A stretch of 64,000 nt of DNA from Anthoceros angustus (lineage: Eukaryota; Plantae; Anthocerotophyta), in the NCBI GenBank assembly GCA_010909165.1, contig MU008184.1, forward strand, positions 892,988-956,987, given 5' to 3'. Below the pieces are notes generated by a model that was not told the origin of the DNA, did not search any database, and saw nothing but the letters and a program-made list of their open reading frames with translations. Position numbers and translations under genes: made by a program. Shown here piece after piece: positions 1 to 12,400 of this stretch (the stretch's first letter is position 1; each line of letters begins with the position of its first letter).

Positions 1-2291
1 CGCAGTCACAACTCTATTCAAAATATAAGTAGTCAACTACGGCCTCATTTCAAAAGGATTTAGGAAGACCCAAGCCAACATGCTCGAGTCATTCCCATCA
101 AGGTTTGATTCTTCCTTCGCAACTCCATTACATTGTTGTGTATAAGGAATGTAAAGTTGACGATGATCCCATCTGCTGAAAAAGCCCATCAAACCTATGG
201 CGATGAAACTCTCCACCATTATCGCGGGAAGCACTTGACCAAATGTCTGTTTGTCTTTGAACCATAGGAATCCATGAGGAGATATGCTCAAAGACGTCAC
301 TCTTCAACTGCAAGGGAAAGGTCCATGTATAGCGTGAAAAATCATCTGAGAGAAAGATAATACTCGGACCCACCAAGTGATTTCCGGAAGCTTTCCGCTA
401 GATCCGCATGTATCAACTCCAAAAGCGCTTTAGCTCGAGTAGCCGATTGATTCTTAAAAGGAAGCTCCTTCCGCTTGGACAAGATACACGCCTGCAGAAG
501 CAAGGTGCTTGAAACAAGGAGGCAGCTTCTCTCGGTAGCGACTTGAGTGAGACATCAAGTTGTTTAGCCTTATTGACATGACCTAGACGCATGCCATAAG
601 CTAGCTTGATGAGAAGAAGAGGTTACTAAAGCATGAGCACTAGGAGTAAAAGTACAAGGAGAAATATCGTCATACAAATCATCAACTAAGGTAGCCTTTG
701 CAACATAATTCCTCGCAATTGTAATCTATACATATAACAATGCAAATGTTCAAAGCTAAACCCAAAGTCACCAGCGTATAATGACTCTAATGAAAGCAAG
801 TTTTGCTCATTGCGAGAACAAACAACACATCGTAGCAAGCTTGTACCATCTAACAAAGGTATGCAAACTTCACCACTACCTTCCACTTCTAGTCCCCTAG
901 AATCACCAACATAAAGACGAAAAGGTGATTGATAGCTGAACTTAGAAAATAGCTTCCTGTTGTTACAAATGTGCGAAGTAGATCCAATCTACAAACCACA
1001 TAAATGAATTCTCCTTACTCGAAATTAGACACACAATAACAGTAGCTGCTTTTATGTTGCTTGTTGTAAGATGCTCCTTGGTACTAACATGAGCCAAAGG
1101 ACGAACTTCCTTCTTTGGTTCTTTGCCTTTTCTTTCTCGCAATCACGCTCCCAATGCCTGGAATTTGACACGCCATAAGCACCTGCCGCTTGACAGAGGA
1201 GAAGAGGCGGCGGACAAACCTACTCCTTTCTTGTTCTTATTGTTGTGCCCTGGTCCTTTTCCTTTGCAACGTAAAGCACCTTCTCCCGAGGCGAGCGAAG
1301 GCCACGACTTATGGCGACTGCTCCTCTTGCAGGAGAGCCCCAATCAAGTCATTCAACGTTATAAGGGAAGGTCTACCAGCACTCACACGATAAGAAGCTC
1401 GAATGGAGGTATTTTGGCTTGACACGAAGTTCGAAAGAAGCCGGTGGATAGCAATTGAGCAAGCCCACTTGGCCATACTAGATCCAAGAGCATGAATGAG
1501 ATCGCAAATGGCGAACTTCACAATATGTGGTCCCACGGATCTCCTTCTCGCAGCTTCGTGCCATAAAACTCATTCCTAGCATGTACAAGCGTAAGAATAT
1601 TTTGCACTGATATGTATCTTTCACCAACCCAAACCTCACCTGTTGGTAAGGACTCCACCTCCGTAACAGTAGTTTCATCTATACTTGAAAGTAGAATAGC
1701 AAAAGCTATTTTGTTCCCCTTTTTCCACTTGTCCACCATGTCTTGAGTAACACCTGGAATTGTGATATCAGGTTTAGGAAGAGAACCGTCAACATATTCC
1801 CACACATCTCTGGCATCCAAGAATGCTCGCATCCGGGCACGCCAGCTCTCATAACGGGAAGCTTTGCCATCAAACCGGTCCTTCTCCTTAAATTCACAGA
1901 TAGGTAGCTCAAGAGTTGTCAAAGCACCACTAGCGTATCATGGTAAGAGGAATGGAACAGCAGGGGTCTAGATCAAGAGGTTGAGGAACTGAGGTATTTG
2001 TATTCAAACGTGCTAGCTGTTGAAGAGTTGAAGCAATTTGAGAATTTAACCTAGCACCTCGTTCGAGTCGAGAGTCATCCATAAGGGATCTGGTCTTACT
2101 GCATCATCATGCTCACTACTGGAAGATGAGTCCGACATACACAATCTAGAAAGAAAGGTAAATGACCTCTAAACTCTAGACTTACAGAGATAAACTATAC
2201 AAGAGTTCTTATTCTAAAAGAAGAAACTAAGAAATCTCAAGTCGTTTCGCATCATAAAGCAGGTTCAACTTATAAAGCGAAACGTTATTAC

Positions 2292-2460
2292 AACTTAAAT
2301 GCACCAAAGACCTAAAAAGGAACCCAAAACGATATTCCAACTTATGCATCAATGCCCTAAAAGGCCACCCGAACCGATATTCCAACTTAAGCGCACCAAA
2401 GCCCTAAAAGGAACCCGAAACGATATGCCAACTTAAGCGCACGAAGCCCTAAAAGAACCC
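2292..2460. repeat. ~49-bp degenerate tandem repeat (~3.5 copies) in the Copia leader
   Basis: Recurring CAACTTAAGCGCACCAAAGCCCTAAAAGGAACCCGAAACGATAT-like units. Confidence 0.8.
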
Positions 2461-3167
2461 ATTTCGTTTCCGTTAAAACCACCGCGACAGGATGACGCAC
2501 ACCGCGACCAAGCAAGGCAAGCACCGCTTCAGATCACGCTCACATGTGCCGCGCCCATCCTGATCCGAGTTACAGCAATCCTGCATCGCGATGCGGAGGA
2601 AGCCGGCATCTTCACGCGCTCCCTTCGCCATAAAGTCTCGGCGCAATTGACAGCCACAGTCGCAATACTGAGATGATTTCCGGCCCTGTGACTCACCAAA
2701 TCTCTCCAGTAAGCCAGCAATTCTAACAGCGAAGCAATCGAGACGGGTCGCCTGCCTGCCTGCTCATCCAGGATGCGCCTAAGCAGAGTCTCGATGCTGT
2801 CCAGCCGGGAAAGAGACGTGAATTCAGGTGCTCTCCTCCTCCTGATCTGAACTGGCTAGGAAATCAGCTAGGATTCTTCCGAGACACCTGCATCCCATCA
2901 TAGAACAGGTCGCGCCGTGACAGAGCATGTTGTGATCTCCTACCATGGCCCGATCTCAATGGCTGATTCACAAGCCTGTCAGCAAACCGAGAATGAATCC
3001 GTCAAAACACATCTTCCCGACGCGCCATCAGATTGTGAGAAATGAGGCATTTATCACGTAGATAAATACACCAGCAAATCTCCACAACAATTTCCCATAG
3101 ACAATGGCTAGCAAATCATCTACAAAATACGGATTGTGGCAAAAGAAATTCCATGGCTCTGATACCA

Positions 3168-3311
3168 TGACAAAGACAACGGAAGCATATATTGAAAATA
3201 AGAGCAATAATACAAAAATCTTGGTCCATGTTTAAATAGTATATTAAGGATAACCCTAATTAAACTAATCTACCACTAACCGAGTTAGGGTAAACACAAT
3301 TAACTCTAACA
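3168..3311 (-). repeat. 5' LTR of Copia element 1
   Basis: TG...CA termini, directly adjacent to the PBS; a different element's integrase begins at 3312. Confidence 0.8.
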
Positions 3312-4721
3312 TCATATTTGTGGCCTATAAACTCACCTCCATTGTCTGATCGCAGGCACTTGACCCGATCGTCCGTCGCCTTTTGTACCATGGGAATCCA
3401 CGGTTTTTATCAAAGGCCTCACTTTTCCTTTGAGTGGGAAGGTCCAAGTGTACCTGCTAAAGTCATATGTGAGTGACAAGTAATACTCAGCTCCTCCTAA
3501 TGAAGGCACTTGCATCTTTCCAGCAATGTCCATGTGGACCAGCCCTAGAACATCATTCGCTCTTGTAGCATTTTTGTTCTTAAAGGGCAGCTCCTTCTGT
3601 TTGGACAGGACACATGACTTGCATACAGGAAGATTTTTGAAGCATGAAGGTAACTTCTCTTTGTAGTAGTCACCTGCGGACATGAGGTCCAACTTGACCT
3701 TGTTCACATGTCCAAGTCTCACATGCCATAGGTTCGCTTGAGACCTAGATGTAGTAACATTTACTGCCGGATTATGATCTCCCACAGACAGCTGGTAGAG
3801 GTCATTAATCAGGAGTCCTTTTGCTAAGCACACATTAGGTTGTGATGGACTATACAAACAGCATGAGTCCTTCTCGAAGCGAAAAGCAAACTCTGACGTT
3901 TGTGTGAGGGCTCTGATTGACAGCAGGTTCTTTGACATAGCTGGAACATAAAGTACATCCAGCAGTTCCAACGTGAACCACCGGAAGCAGTACTGCTCCA
4001 CTTCCATATACTCCCACGTGAATCTCCACATTACCGACCGTGGAGATTGCCGGTGGTGAATAGGTGGCGATTGTTACACACATGTGAAGTTGCCCCTGAG
4101 TCAATGAACCAGAGTGAACAGGTTTCTCTCGAAGTCAAGCGATCATTAAGATCGTCGCCTTATGAGCACTTTGAGAGCTTGACTTGTTGCCTTTTCAAAG
4201 AACATGCTTCGGTTTTGACTCCTTCTGAGCCTCACCAGCTTTCTTCTTACGACAATCTCGTTCCCAGTGGCCAGGCAGTTGGCACCAATTGCAGTTGCCT
4301 TGCCTTTTGGGATTTCCAGACGAGGCTTTCTTCCCCTTATCCTTCCCCTTCCCAAAAGGTTTCTTAGAAGCAACTAACACCTTCTACCTCGACTTTTGCG
4401 AGCGAGAAGGTCGTGTTGCTCTTCTTGATAGAGAGCACCCACAAGCTCATTGAAAGTGAGTGTGGAGACACCACCCGGATGCACCAACGGACGTGTAAGG
4501 TACGTGTCGTGGACACAAAGTTTTGATAGGACTGAGGGAGACTGGACAACAATTTGCTGTGATGTCTATATCGGATCTGGTTCCTCCCAGTATTATTGCT
4601 CATTGTCTTAATTAGCAGGCCGGAAATGTGAGTACCCATTGTGTCCCCATCCTTCATTCTGAGTCCATAGAAGTCGTTCCTTGCAGCAACAAGGGTTAAA
4701 ATGTTCCTCACTTGATACGTA

Positions 4722-5001
4722 TGATGAGAATCATAGCTGTTCTAGGTAGCAAAACATAGCAAGCAGATAGTAGAAAGCTTTGCACAAAAAGAGTTGTATG
4801 CATTGATAATAGAAAGTACAAAGCCTTTATATAGGCTAAGTGGTTATAACCATAAGGTGGTTGTAACCATAAGTAGTTCTAACCTCTAAGTGGTTGTAAC
4901 AACTAACTACTCATTAAACTACCTAAAGCCCTAAGAACTAAATTAATTAATAGCCTTAGGTGCCCTAGTGAAGAGTGCCCTAAATAGGTCATATTTCATC
5001 A
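4722..5001 (-). repeat. 3' LTR of Copia B
   Basis: Matches 29072-29342 with a few small indels; followed by the PPT. Confidence 0.93.
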
Positions 5002-6749
5002 CTCCCACTCACTATGAACTAGGTGTGAAGAATGGCTTCAAAATGAGACTAAAAGGCTAGTTAGCTCCCACTAACTTGAAAGCTATCCACTAAGAAAACA
5101 ATTAAAACTGGCTTAAGTTACATTTAAGCAGAATTTAATGTAATCAAAATTAATTACCAAAAACTTAATTAGGAAATGGTAAATTCCTAAACAAGGTAAA
5201 AGATAAAAGTAAAACTTAAACTAGGTTAATCTTAAACCAAAGGTAAAAGTAAAACTTAAATGGGTAAGGCCCATATGATGCCGTCCGTATGCCCCTGGCA
5301 TACGTTATGTACCCTCCCCTCATACGGTTTTATTCCTCCTCCCCTCGCCTCCCGCTCCCTCGCTCTCGCTCAAAGAAACTTGGCCATGGCCCTGAAAATC
5401 GTGGGGAAGGGCGCCTCGGAGGACGCGCCACCGGCGGGCGCCCGCGCGCCCGCCCATGTGCACACTGGCGTGCGGCGCCGATTAGAAGATGGCAGCCACT
5501 GCGGTGGAAGAAGAAGAGGAGTGCGGCCTGGGAGGGACGCGCCTCGAGGAGCAACGCCCCTCACAGGCGGTGCCACAGTGATCCTCCACGCCTAAATGGA
5601 TTCCAACCTTTGTGGAGAGCCCACCACGTTTCCGGTGGTAGGAAGTGGTAGCTCGTGAGGTTGAAGTCACCGGAGAGAGGTGGAATTTGTTCCCGGTGGA
5701 GGTCGCCAGATGTGAGTGCTGCGGAGTGTCTCACCCAAGCCGGAGATTAAAGATCTTGCCCCATGTCTTGTCTCAATTTGTTGAAGTGCCCGCTGCTAAT
5801 CCCAAGCCAACACTCCAAATGCGGCAAGCCGTCACCAGTTGTGTGCGGATGAGAGATCGTCGAGGAAGATTCAAAGCTCTTGTGGAGAAGAAATCGCGAG
5901 ATTGTTCTCTCGATACAAGTGCCTTGGAAGAATCTTCATTGAAGGGCTTCCTCGATGATGAAGGAGGCTGAAATCTCAAGTAAAGCATGTGTGTAATAAG
6001 GCATTCCCCTGTCATGAAGGGAGGCACCTTGGGCGATGGATGCCCCCCTTTTTTGAGGAGAGGCACCTAGTTGTAAGCCCGTTTGTGGGCATCTTCAAAT
6101 GACCATTTTCCAGTTCAAAAATATTAATTGTGATGAATTTTCTGATACTATTTTCGCAGATTTATGTATGGAAAATTATGGAAAAAGGAAAATGAAAATG
6201 AAAATGAAGAAAATGAGAAAATGAAAAGGTAGACATGCTTTTGTGACTCTAAAAGGTGTTCTAACTTATTTTCTCTTGCTAAAACTTGCCCATTTTATTA
6301 GATTTCTTTTGCCCCGAAAAGACATAGAATAGGAAACATAGATTGGAAGCCCGGCATATATCCCAAGGGTGATGATGTGAAGCTCATCTATATAATCACT
6401 AATATGAAAGGGGGAGACGTACCACCATGCTCCTATGTTTGCCAGGAAACTAAGATACACATGATACGGGTTATGTATGCTGTCTGTGAAGAATTTCCGG
6501 ACATATGATCCATGTCTATCGTAAGTATTCCTGAGGCTAAGAAAATATGGAAAAGTTTTAATTAGCAAAATATTATTTAATATTTTAATATTATTTTCTA
6601 GAGCACCTCAACTATGTATGAAGGAGAGGATCAGGCCTATGTTAAGATTGAGGATGATTGTTCAAGACTTAGAATAGAATATTGGACTAGTTTTTAAGGT
6701 TATCTTAAGTAGACCAATTTTTAAGGATGAACTATAGGTGGAGGCTTAG

Positions 6750-9155
6750 ACAATGTGTCCAATATACCTAAACATTTCATATGTTTCTGTATTCAATGCC
6801 TAGTGACTTTGTTAATAAATCAGCGTTATCTAAAGTTTGAACATAACTAATATCTATAGTTTTATCCTCTATTTTCTCTCGATGTAATGATATTCGACAA
6901 TATGTTTAGTTCTAGAGTGGAAGACAGGTTCCTTGACAAGGCTATAGCTCACGACTATCACTCAACAACAAGGTGGGCTTTTCACCTTGTGATGAAGTTC
7001 ACTCAAGGTTAGCCTAGTCCATACTATGTCTTTAGCAACCGAGGTTAGTACTCTATACTCACTCGAGTCTGGACAAGGCTATGGTTGGTTGTTTCTTACT
7101 TGACCAGATATGGTGCTCCCCAATAGCGATCGTAACGATACGGATCTGCGTGTCGGTCACCGGCATAGTCGGCGTCGGTGTCGTTAATGTGCGTCTTTAT
7201 GCGGTGTATACTTGAATGTCAATCCTGCATGGTACCCTTGAGGTATCGAATATGCGCTTAGTTGACATCCGGTGTTCACGTCGAGTTCTCGATTGTGAGC
7301 AGGGCGACTTCAAAGATATATCCGGTCGGTGAAGTTGGATAAATATATAAGTGTGCCAACAGATGTCGATATGGGACTGACATTTCCAACTTATCTTGTC
7401 TTGTCTTTGGACTCATATCCATGGTAAGCGGACTAGCAAAGGTGTAGGTGCGTTTCGCATCTTCAAGTCCAAACTTGGTTAAACTTTCTTTAATGTACTT
7501 GGTTTGAACAATACTCGAGTCTTGTTTGCTCGATCTCTAATAATGTTGACACCAAGTGCATATGTCATTTCTCCTAAATCGGACATTTCATAAAAGTCTT
7601 GAGCCGACTTTTGATCTCGGCTAGGAGAGTAAGAGTTTGTGGCCATGAATACGTCGACGAGAGCAATAAGTAAAAGGTATCATTGCGATATTAGGATATA
7701 CATGCATGCATCGGCATCACTTTGCGGAAGCCTCTTTGATGAGTTTCACATGTATGTCCATATTCCAATTTTACCAGTTGCTTGAGACCATACAAGCCTT
7801 TAATTAGTCTGCATACCCAATCTTCCTTGCCTTTAACCTCATAACCTTCGGGCTGTTTCATGTAGATTTCTTCTTGAAGACGGCCATAGAGATATGTTGT
7901 CTTCACATCCATCATATGAAGCTCAAGATCATGATGGGCTGTTAAGGCGAAGATTATTCTAAGGGAAGCAAACTTTGCTACCGGCGAATGTGGCCCATGG
8001 GAGGTAATCTAAACCCGATCCGGGTGAATCCCACAGCCACAAGGCGTGCTTTGTATCTCTCAATGGAACCATCTCCTTTTCTCTTAATTTTGAATACCCA
8101 TTTTGCTGGTGACTATCTTCCTACCCTTAGGTGGCTTAACCAATTCCCATGTAGAGTTACTAATGAGAGAGTTATATTATAATCTCACTACCTTCCATAA
8201 GGTCTTTTTCGAGAAAGCTTGTTTTAAGGTAAGAGGTTCTTGGATCTATGGTTGCCTTGTATACACTTGTGAGTAAAGTGATACGGGGAAGAGGATCATC
8301 AAAAACAGCTAGATATCCTAAAGGAGGTTCCTTCCATCCTGCGGGTCCGGGGATTGCAGGACGGGTTCTTAAGTTGTACCTTTGTGTAGGTTCTGGTGCA
8401 TCTTCCACTGGAGCAGGAACATCAATAGGATCATGGTGCTCCATGTCATTCACTGGAGGGTCATCATGCTCTTCATCAAGAGTGTCAACTGGCTCCTCGA
8501 CTTGAATGTTGTCGCCATCTGGTGGTGTTTCATGTGGAATAGATGCTAACTCCTCCTCCTCCTGCAGAATAGGTTCAACTACGGGAACACGTAGAGCAGG
8601 AACTGGAAATTGAGTGATATAATCAGTATCATCAAATGAGGAGGTATCTGAGGGCTCTTCGGAAGAGACGTCCTCAGGGCCGGATGTACCAGCTCCCACT
8701 GCTGGGGAAAAGAGGTAAGACTCATGAAAAGTAACACTCCTGGCATATATAAGCTTCCGTGTGGTGGGTTCAAATAGCTTGTAACCTTTGATGCCTTGGT
8801 GTAGCCAATGAATAGATATTTGGCAGCTTTTGGATCTAACTTCTTGCGTTGTACTTTAGGGATAAAGACATATGCAGGAGATCCAAAAATTGAAGGTGAT
8901 CTATGGAAGGCTTGTTGCCGGTGAATGCTTCATATGGAGTCATACCTTGAGCGAGGAAGTCGGCGATTCATGAGATAGGTTGCTGTAAGGAGGGCCTCAG
9001 CCCAATAAGCTTTGGATAAGTTAGCTTGTGTTAACAGGCAACCTGTGATCTCTTGGAGGCCGAGATTCTTATTTTCTGCGACGCCATTTTGCTAAGGAGT
9101 GTATACGACACTAAGTTGTTGAGCTACGCCTTCAGCTCGACAAAATTCAGCAAAT
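6750..9155 (-). pseudogene. Copia B pol: integrase C-terminal half, RT and RNase H (frameshifted)
   Basis: YWAEA, RKKLDPKA, KWVFKIKR/YKARLVAVG, MDVKTTYLYGRLQEEIYMKQPEG, and KHIVEY..EKIED-like RNase H motifs. Confidence 0.88.
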
Positions 9156-9185
9156 AACATGGTAATTCTGTAAAGAGGTTTATAT
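9156..9185 (+). repeat. Left terminal inverted repeat
   Basis: Inverted match to 18532-18561 with 2 mismatches. Confidence 0.93.
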
Positions 9186-9473
9186 AACCCCTTCCTGTTG
9201 CGTGAGAACCCTTTGGAAAATCACTCGGTATCTAAATCACGCCAAAGCCATCACGGTCTCGACAATGGACCATTCTTGGCCCCTGACTAAGTCATGAACA
9301 ACACAATTGAGGCATACACGGTAGCGACAGCAGTGCGGCGGGCTGCGGCGCTGGATGAAGCCATGAATGATGGAAGAGGGACGTTTTAAATGTGCCATAA
9401 AATGGCACCGATAGACACATGGCATAATGAAGTTTATATGGAATCCTAATACATTGGATCCGGTTACTGCGGG

Positions 9474-12400
9474 CTATTCGGGTCTCAAGCGGGCCTGAGC
9501 GAGCGAATCTAAAACTACGCTAGGTTTCGTATCGCTCCAGTTCTTAATCCATGTCATTCTCACCCAAAGCGTTGTCATCGTTGTTAACCTCCGCTTGGAC
9601 AGACGCGCGTGGGAGGTTGCCATATGGTATCCGGCGTTTGTCCTTCCTCCAACAATTAGCCCGTTACGGTCTTCATCCTCCGCACTCAAAGAAACAACTT
9701 GGGCCTTTGAACAATCCTTTTCACTTATACAAACCTCCTTTGCCCAATCCCAAGGGCCTGCGATGGGGCTCGAAGGTAAGCTCTTCTTCAGCATCCGGGA
9801 GAACCTCGTATCCGTGGATGCGCTGGGGGATGTATCCAGCACACCGTAAGTCTGCTTCGATGGCGATACAGTTTCTTCCATACAGCAAGGCTGCTAATAC
9901 CGTTGTGCCACTTCCGGAGCATGCGTCCACCACCCAGTCTCCTTCTTTTGAGAAGGTCTTGATCAATTTCATCATCAGCCCAAGAGGCCTTTGGTATGGG
10001 CATACCACCAACTTGTCATGGGACAAGTACACCTTCTTTACCACGTCATGTCATGACGGACCTCCCATTGTTAAAAGTGCCATGCATGGCATTCGCATCA
10101 TCGGAGCTCGATCCTTTGAACACCCATCTTCAAGCCCCATCCGACACATACTCCACGCTTTCAACCGCCCCTATCATTGCTCATGTTAGTTTTATCCCAC
10201 ACGAAGACACCAGCCACCCTTCTTACACCACTGCGCATCGATTCCCGTCTTGTGGGCTTCCTCCACTCCATGCATGACAATCATGCGAAGTCTTCGCTTG
10301 TAGTTTTCTCATGAAAACTTGAAAATCGTACTCAACATAGTGGCATCCATCCGCTTGTCCATAGGCCCAATATCAAAGCCTCCGGGCACATCCATGACTA
10401 ATGTGGTGTACCTCCTCACCAAGGTAGCCCCGCATCTCCAAAATATCTCGCTTCTCCACTTGGTAATGAACCTCCTTCTCACCGAACAGAAAATGTGCAG
10501 CCCTTCATGAAGATCTCAGACACGCTGCTCGTCTTCCAAACTCTTCCAATTATTGATCTCGAAAATGAAATTCTTAAAGTCCTCCGGCATTTTCGCAAGT
10601 TGTCTATATCCTTCAATTCTTTGCAGGCAAAACGAGTAAGTGCATATATGCAGAAACAAACATTATGCACCCGTAGATCTCAGAGGCTTGAGGCGCCCGC
10701 CTCAAGCCCCTCGAGTTCTATGGAGTGGATCTGAGATGGGCGCCGGCCGCCTGTAAGGCACCCGTCCCCACATCACATGTGGAAGTGGCCTCGGCCAGCG
10801 CTGCAAGAACGTTAGGGTTTGTAACGACATATGAGAGAATTAGAAACGATGGGTAGTATGGCACACCTTCCAAATGCCGTCTGAACCGAGCTATCATTTC
10901 ACCGAATGCAAAGGATATTCCACCTAACCTCTTCGAATGATGAGCAGCCCAAGTGTTTTACCATAGCCACTTGTATAACATGAAACTTCTTCCGTAAGGT
11001 AATCTCCTCATCCATACCTTTTAGGTCGAGCACACTCAACACCTTCTCGTCTACGATGAGTATCCGACCGCACTCTCCAGTGGAATCCTTGAACGATTTC
11101 CACGGCTTTGCTAGCATATCCTTCTTCACGTAAACAGGTGTCAACAACGAGCCTCCTCTTGTACCTTCCGTTGCCTTTGCCCTTCTTACTTGTTAGAACA
11201 TTTTTTTTCCCAGCAATTCTCCAGCCTCCCATTTTGAAAATATTCGATCCACGTTGTCCCAAACCTTCCCCTCTGTTCGCAATGCATAAGATGTGGGTCC
11301 GATTGTCCACCTTATTCGCTTGTAAACATCGCCTTCCGACCTCCGTCGTCCTCAATCAAGCCCAATACACGGTATAGGTTGAATTTCCAATTCATGGTCA
11401 TCGGACATCATCTCGCCTGCAAGTAGTTCGCCCTCAAGTACCGACCGCTCAATGAAGGACATCTTCTTCCTTTGTCGACATCGACAGTGGTCCGCTGCAC
11501 ATCGCATTTCCGCCACCGCCCCACAAGACATACATGAGCTTCCACATATTGGAAGCGTGTTTTCCTCGAGATATATCGCCAAATGTTTCATGGCTGCAAA
11601 GGTATGGTTCCCACCAAGAACGCCCATAACATATTTCTTCGCCCGAACCTTTCCACCCAACTTCGAGGTTGTCACACTCGTCGGGTCGATCATGCAAAGG
11701 AGAGGCAACACGCCCTCCTCAATCCTTCCCTTCGATATTACACGAGCCAAATAATTTGCCCATGCCTCGTCCACTCTCCTTATCGCGCATCTGGTGTAAT
11801 ATGGGATGCTGGTTTCAAATTCTCCAGCTTCACTAATACTGTTTCCTGAACCACCTTCTTGGAGTAAGCTGAGTCCCGAATTCGTGTCAAAGGGTCTGCA
11901 TCTCGGATAGCATCCTCCAGCCTTTCCTCGTCTGTACGAACATGAACAGTGGCAATGTTTTCCGGATGGTCCCCTTTTCCTCCATCTCTTCGACTTCTTC
12001 TTCCCACTACCTGCCGCCACATCGCCATCGCCGTCCGTCACCGGGCAGAGAGACATCCGTAGGTGCTCTTCCGCTTTCCCACCTCGCTCCACCACATCAC
12101 CGCCTCCTCTTCGCCCCTCGGCGGGCCACCGGCCCGCCTCCTCCTTCTTCAACATGCGAATGGCACCGGGCGCCGGCCGCCGCGCCTAGTCCATCTCCCC
12201 AACGGAAATCGGACAAACCGGTTTGGGTTTGGGGTCATCAGTCTTCCCCATCCGCTTGGGTCGGCCGGCCGGCGCCCGATTGTCATCCGTGATCGATGCG
12301 ACGGTAGGAACAAGGTCCGCAAAGTTCATGATGTCCTCTGCATCCCTATCCTCGTCTTGGTCGCTGACCCTTCTCCATCCGAATGACCCAAAGACCCTGG

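Larger units (their letters stand above)
1..3311 (-). mobile_element. Ty1/Copia LTR retrotransposon (element 1), 5' half; 3' end outside the window; inserted into the integrase of element A
   Basis: 5' LTR 3168-3311 (TG..CA, 144 bp) next to PBS GGCTCTGATACCA 3155-3167 (initiator tRNA-Met type). Gag N-terminus KEKDRFDG...WEYVDG (1518-1922), CX2CX4HX4C-type knuckle ~1140-1190, protease remnant ~960-1000, integrase DDFSRYTW/DNGGEF/PYTQQCNG (37-376). Confidence 0.9.
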
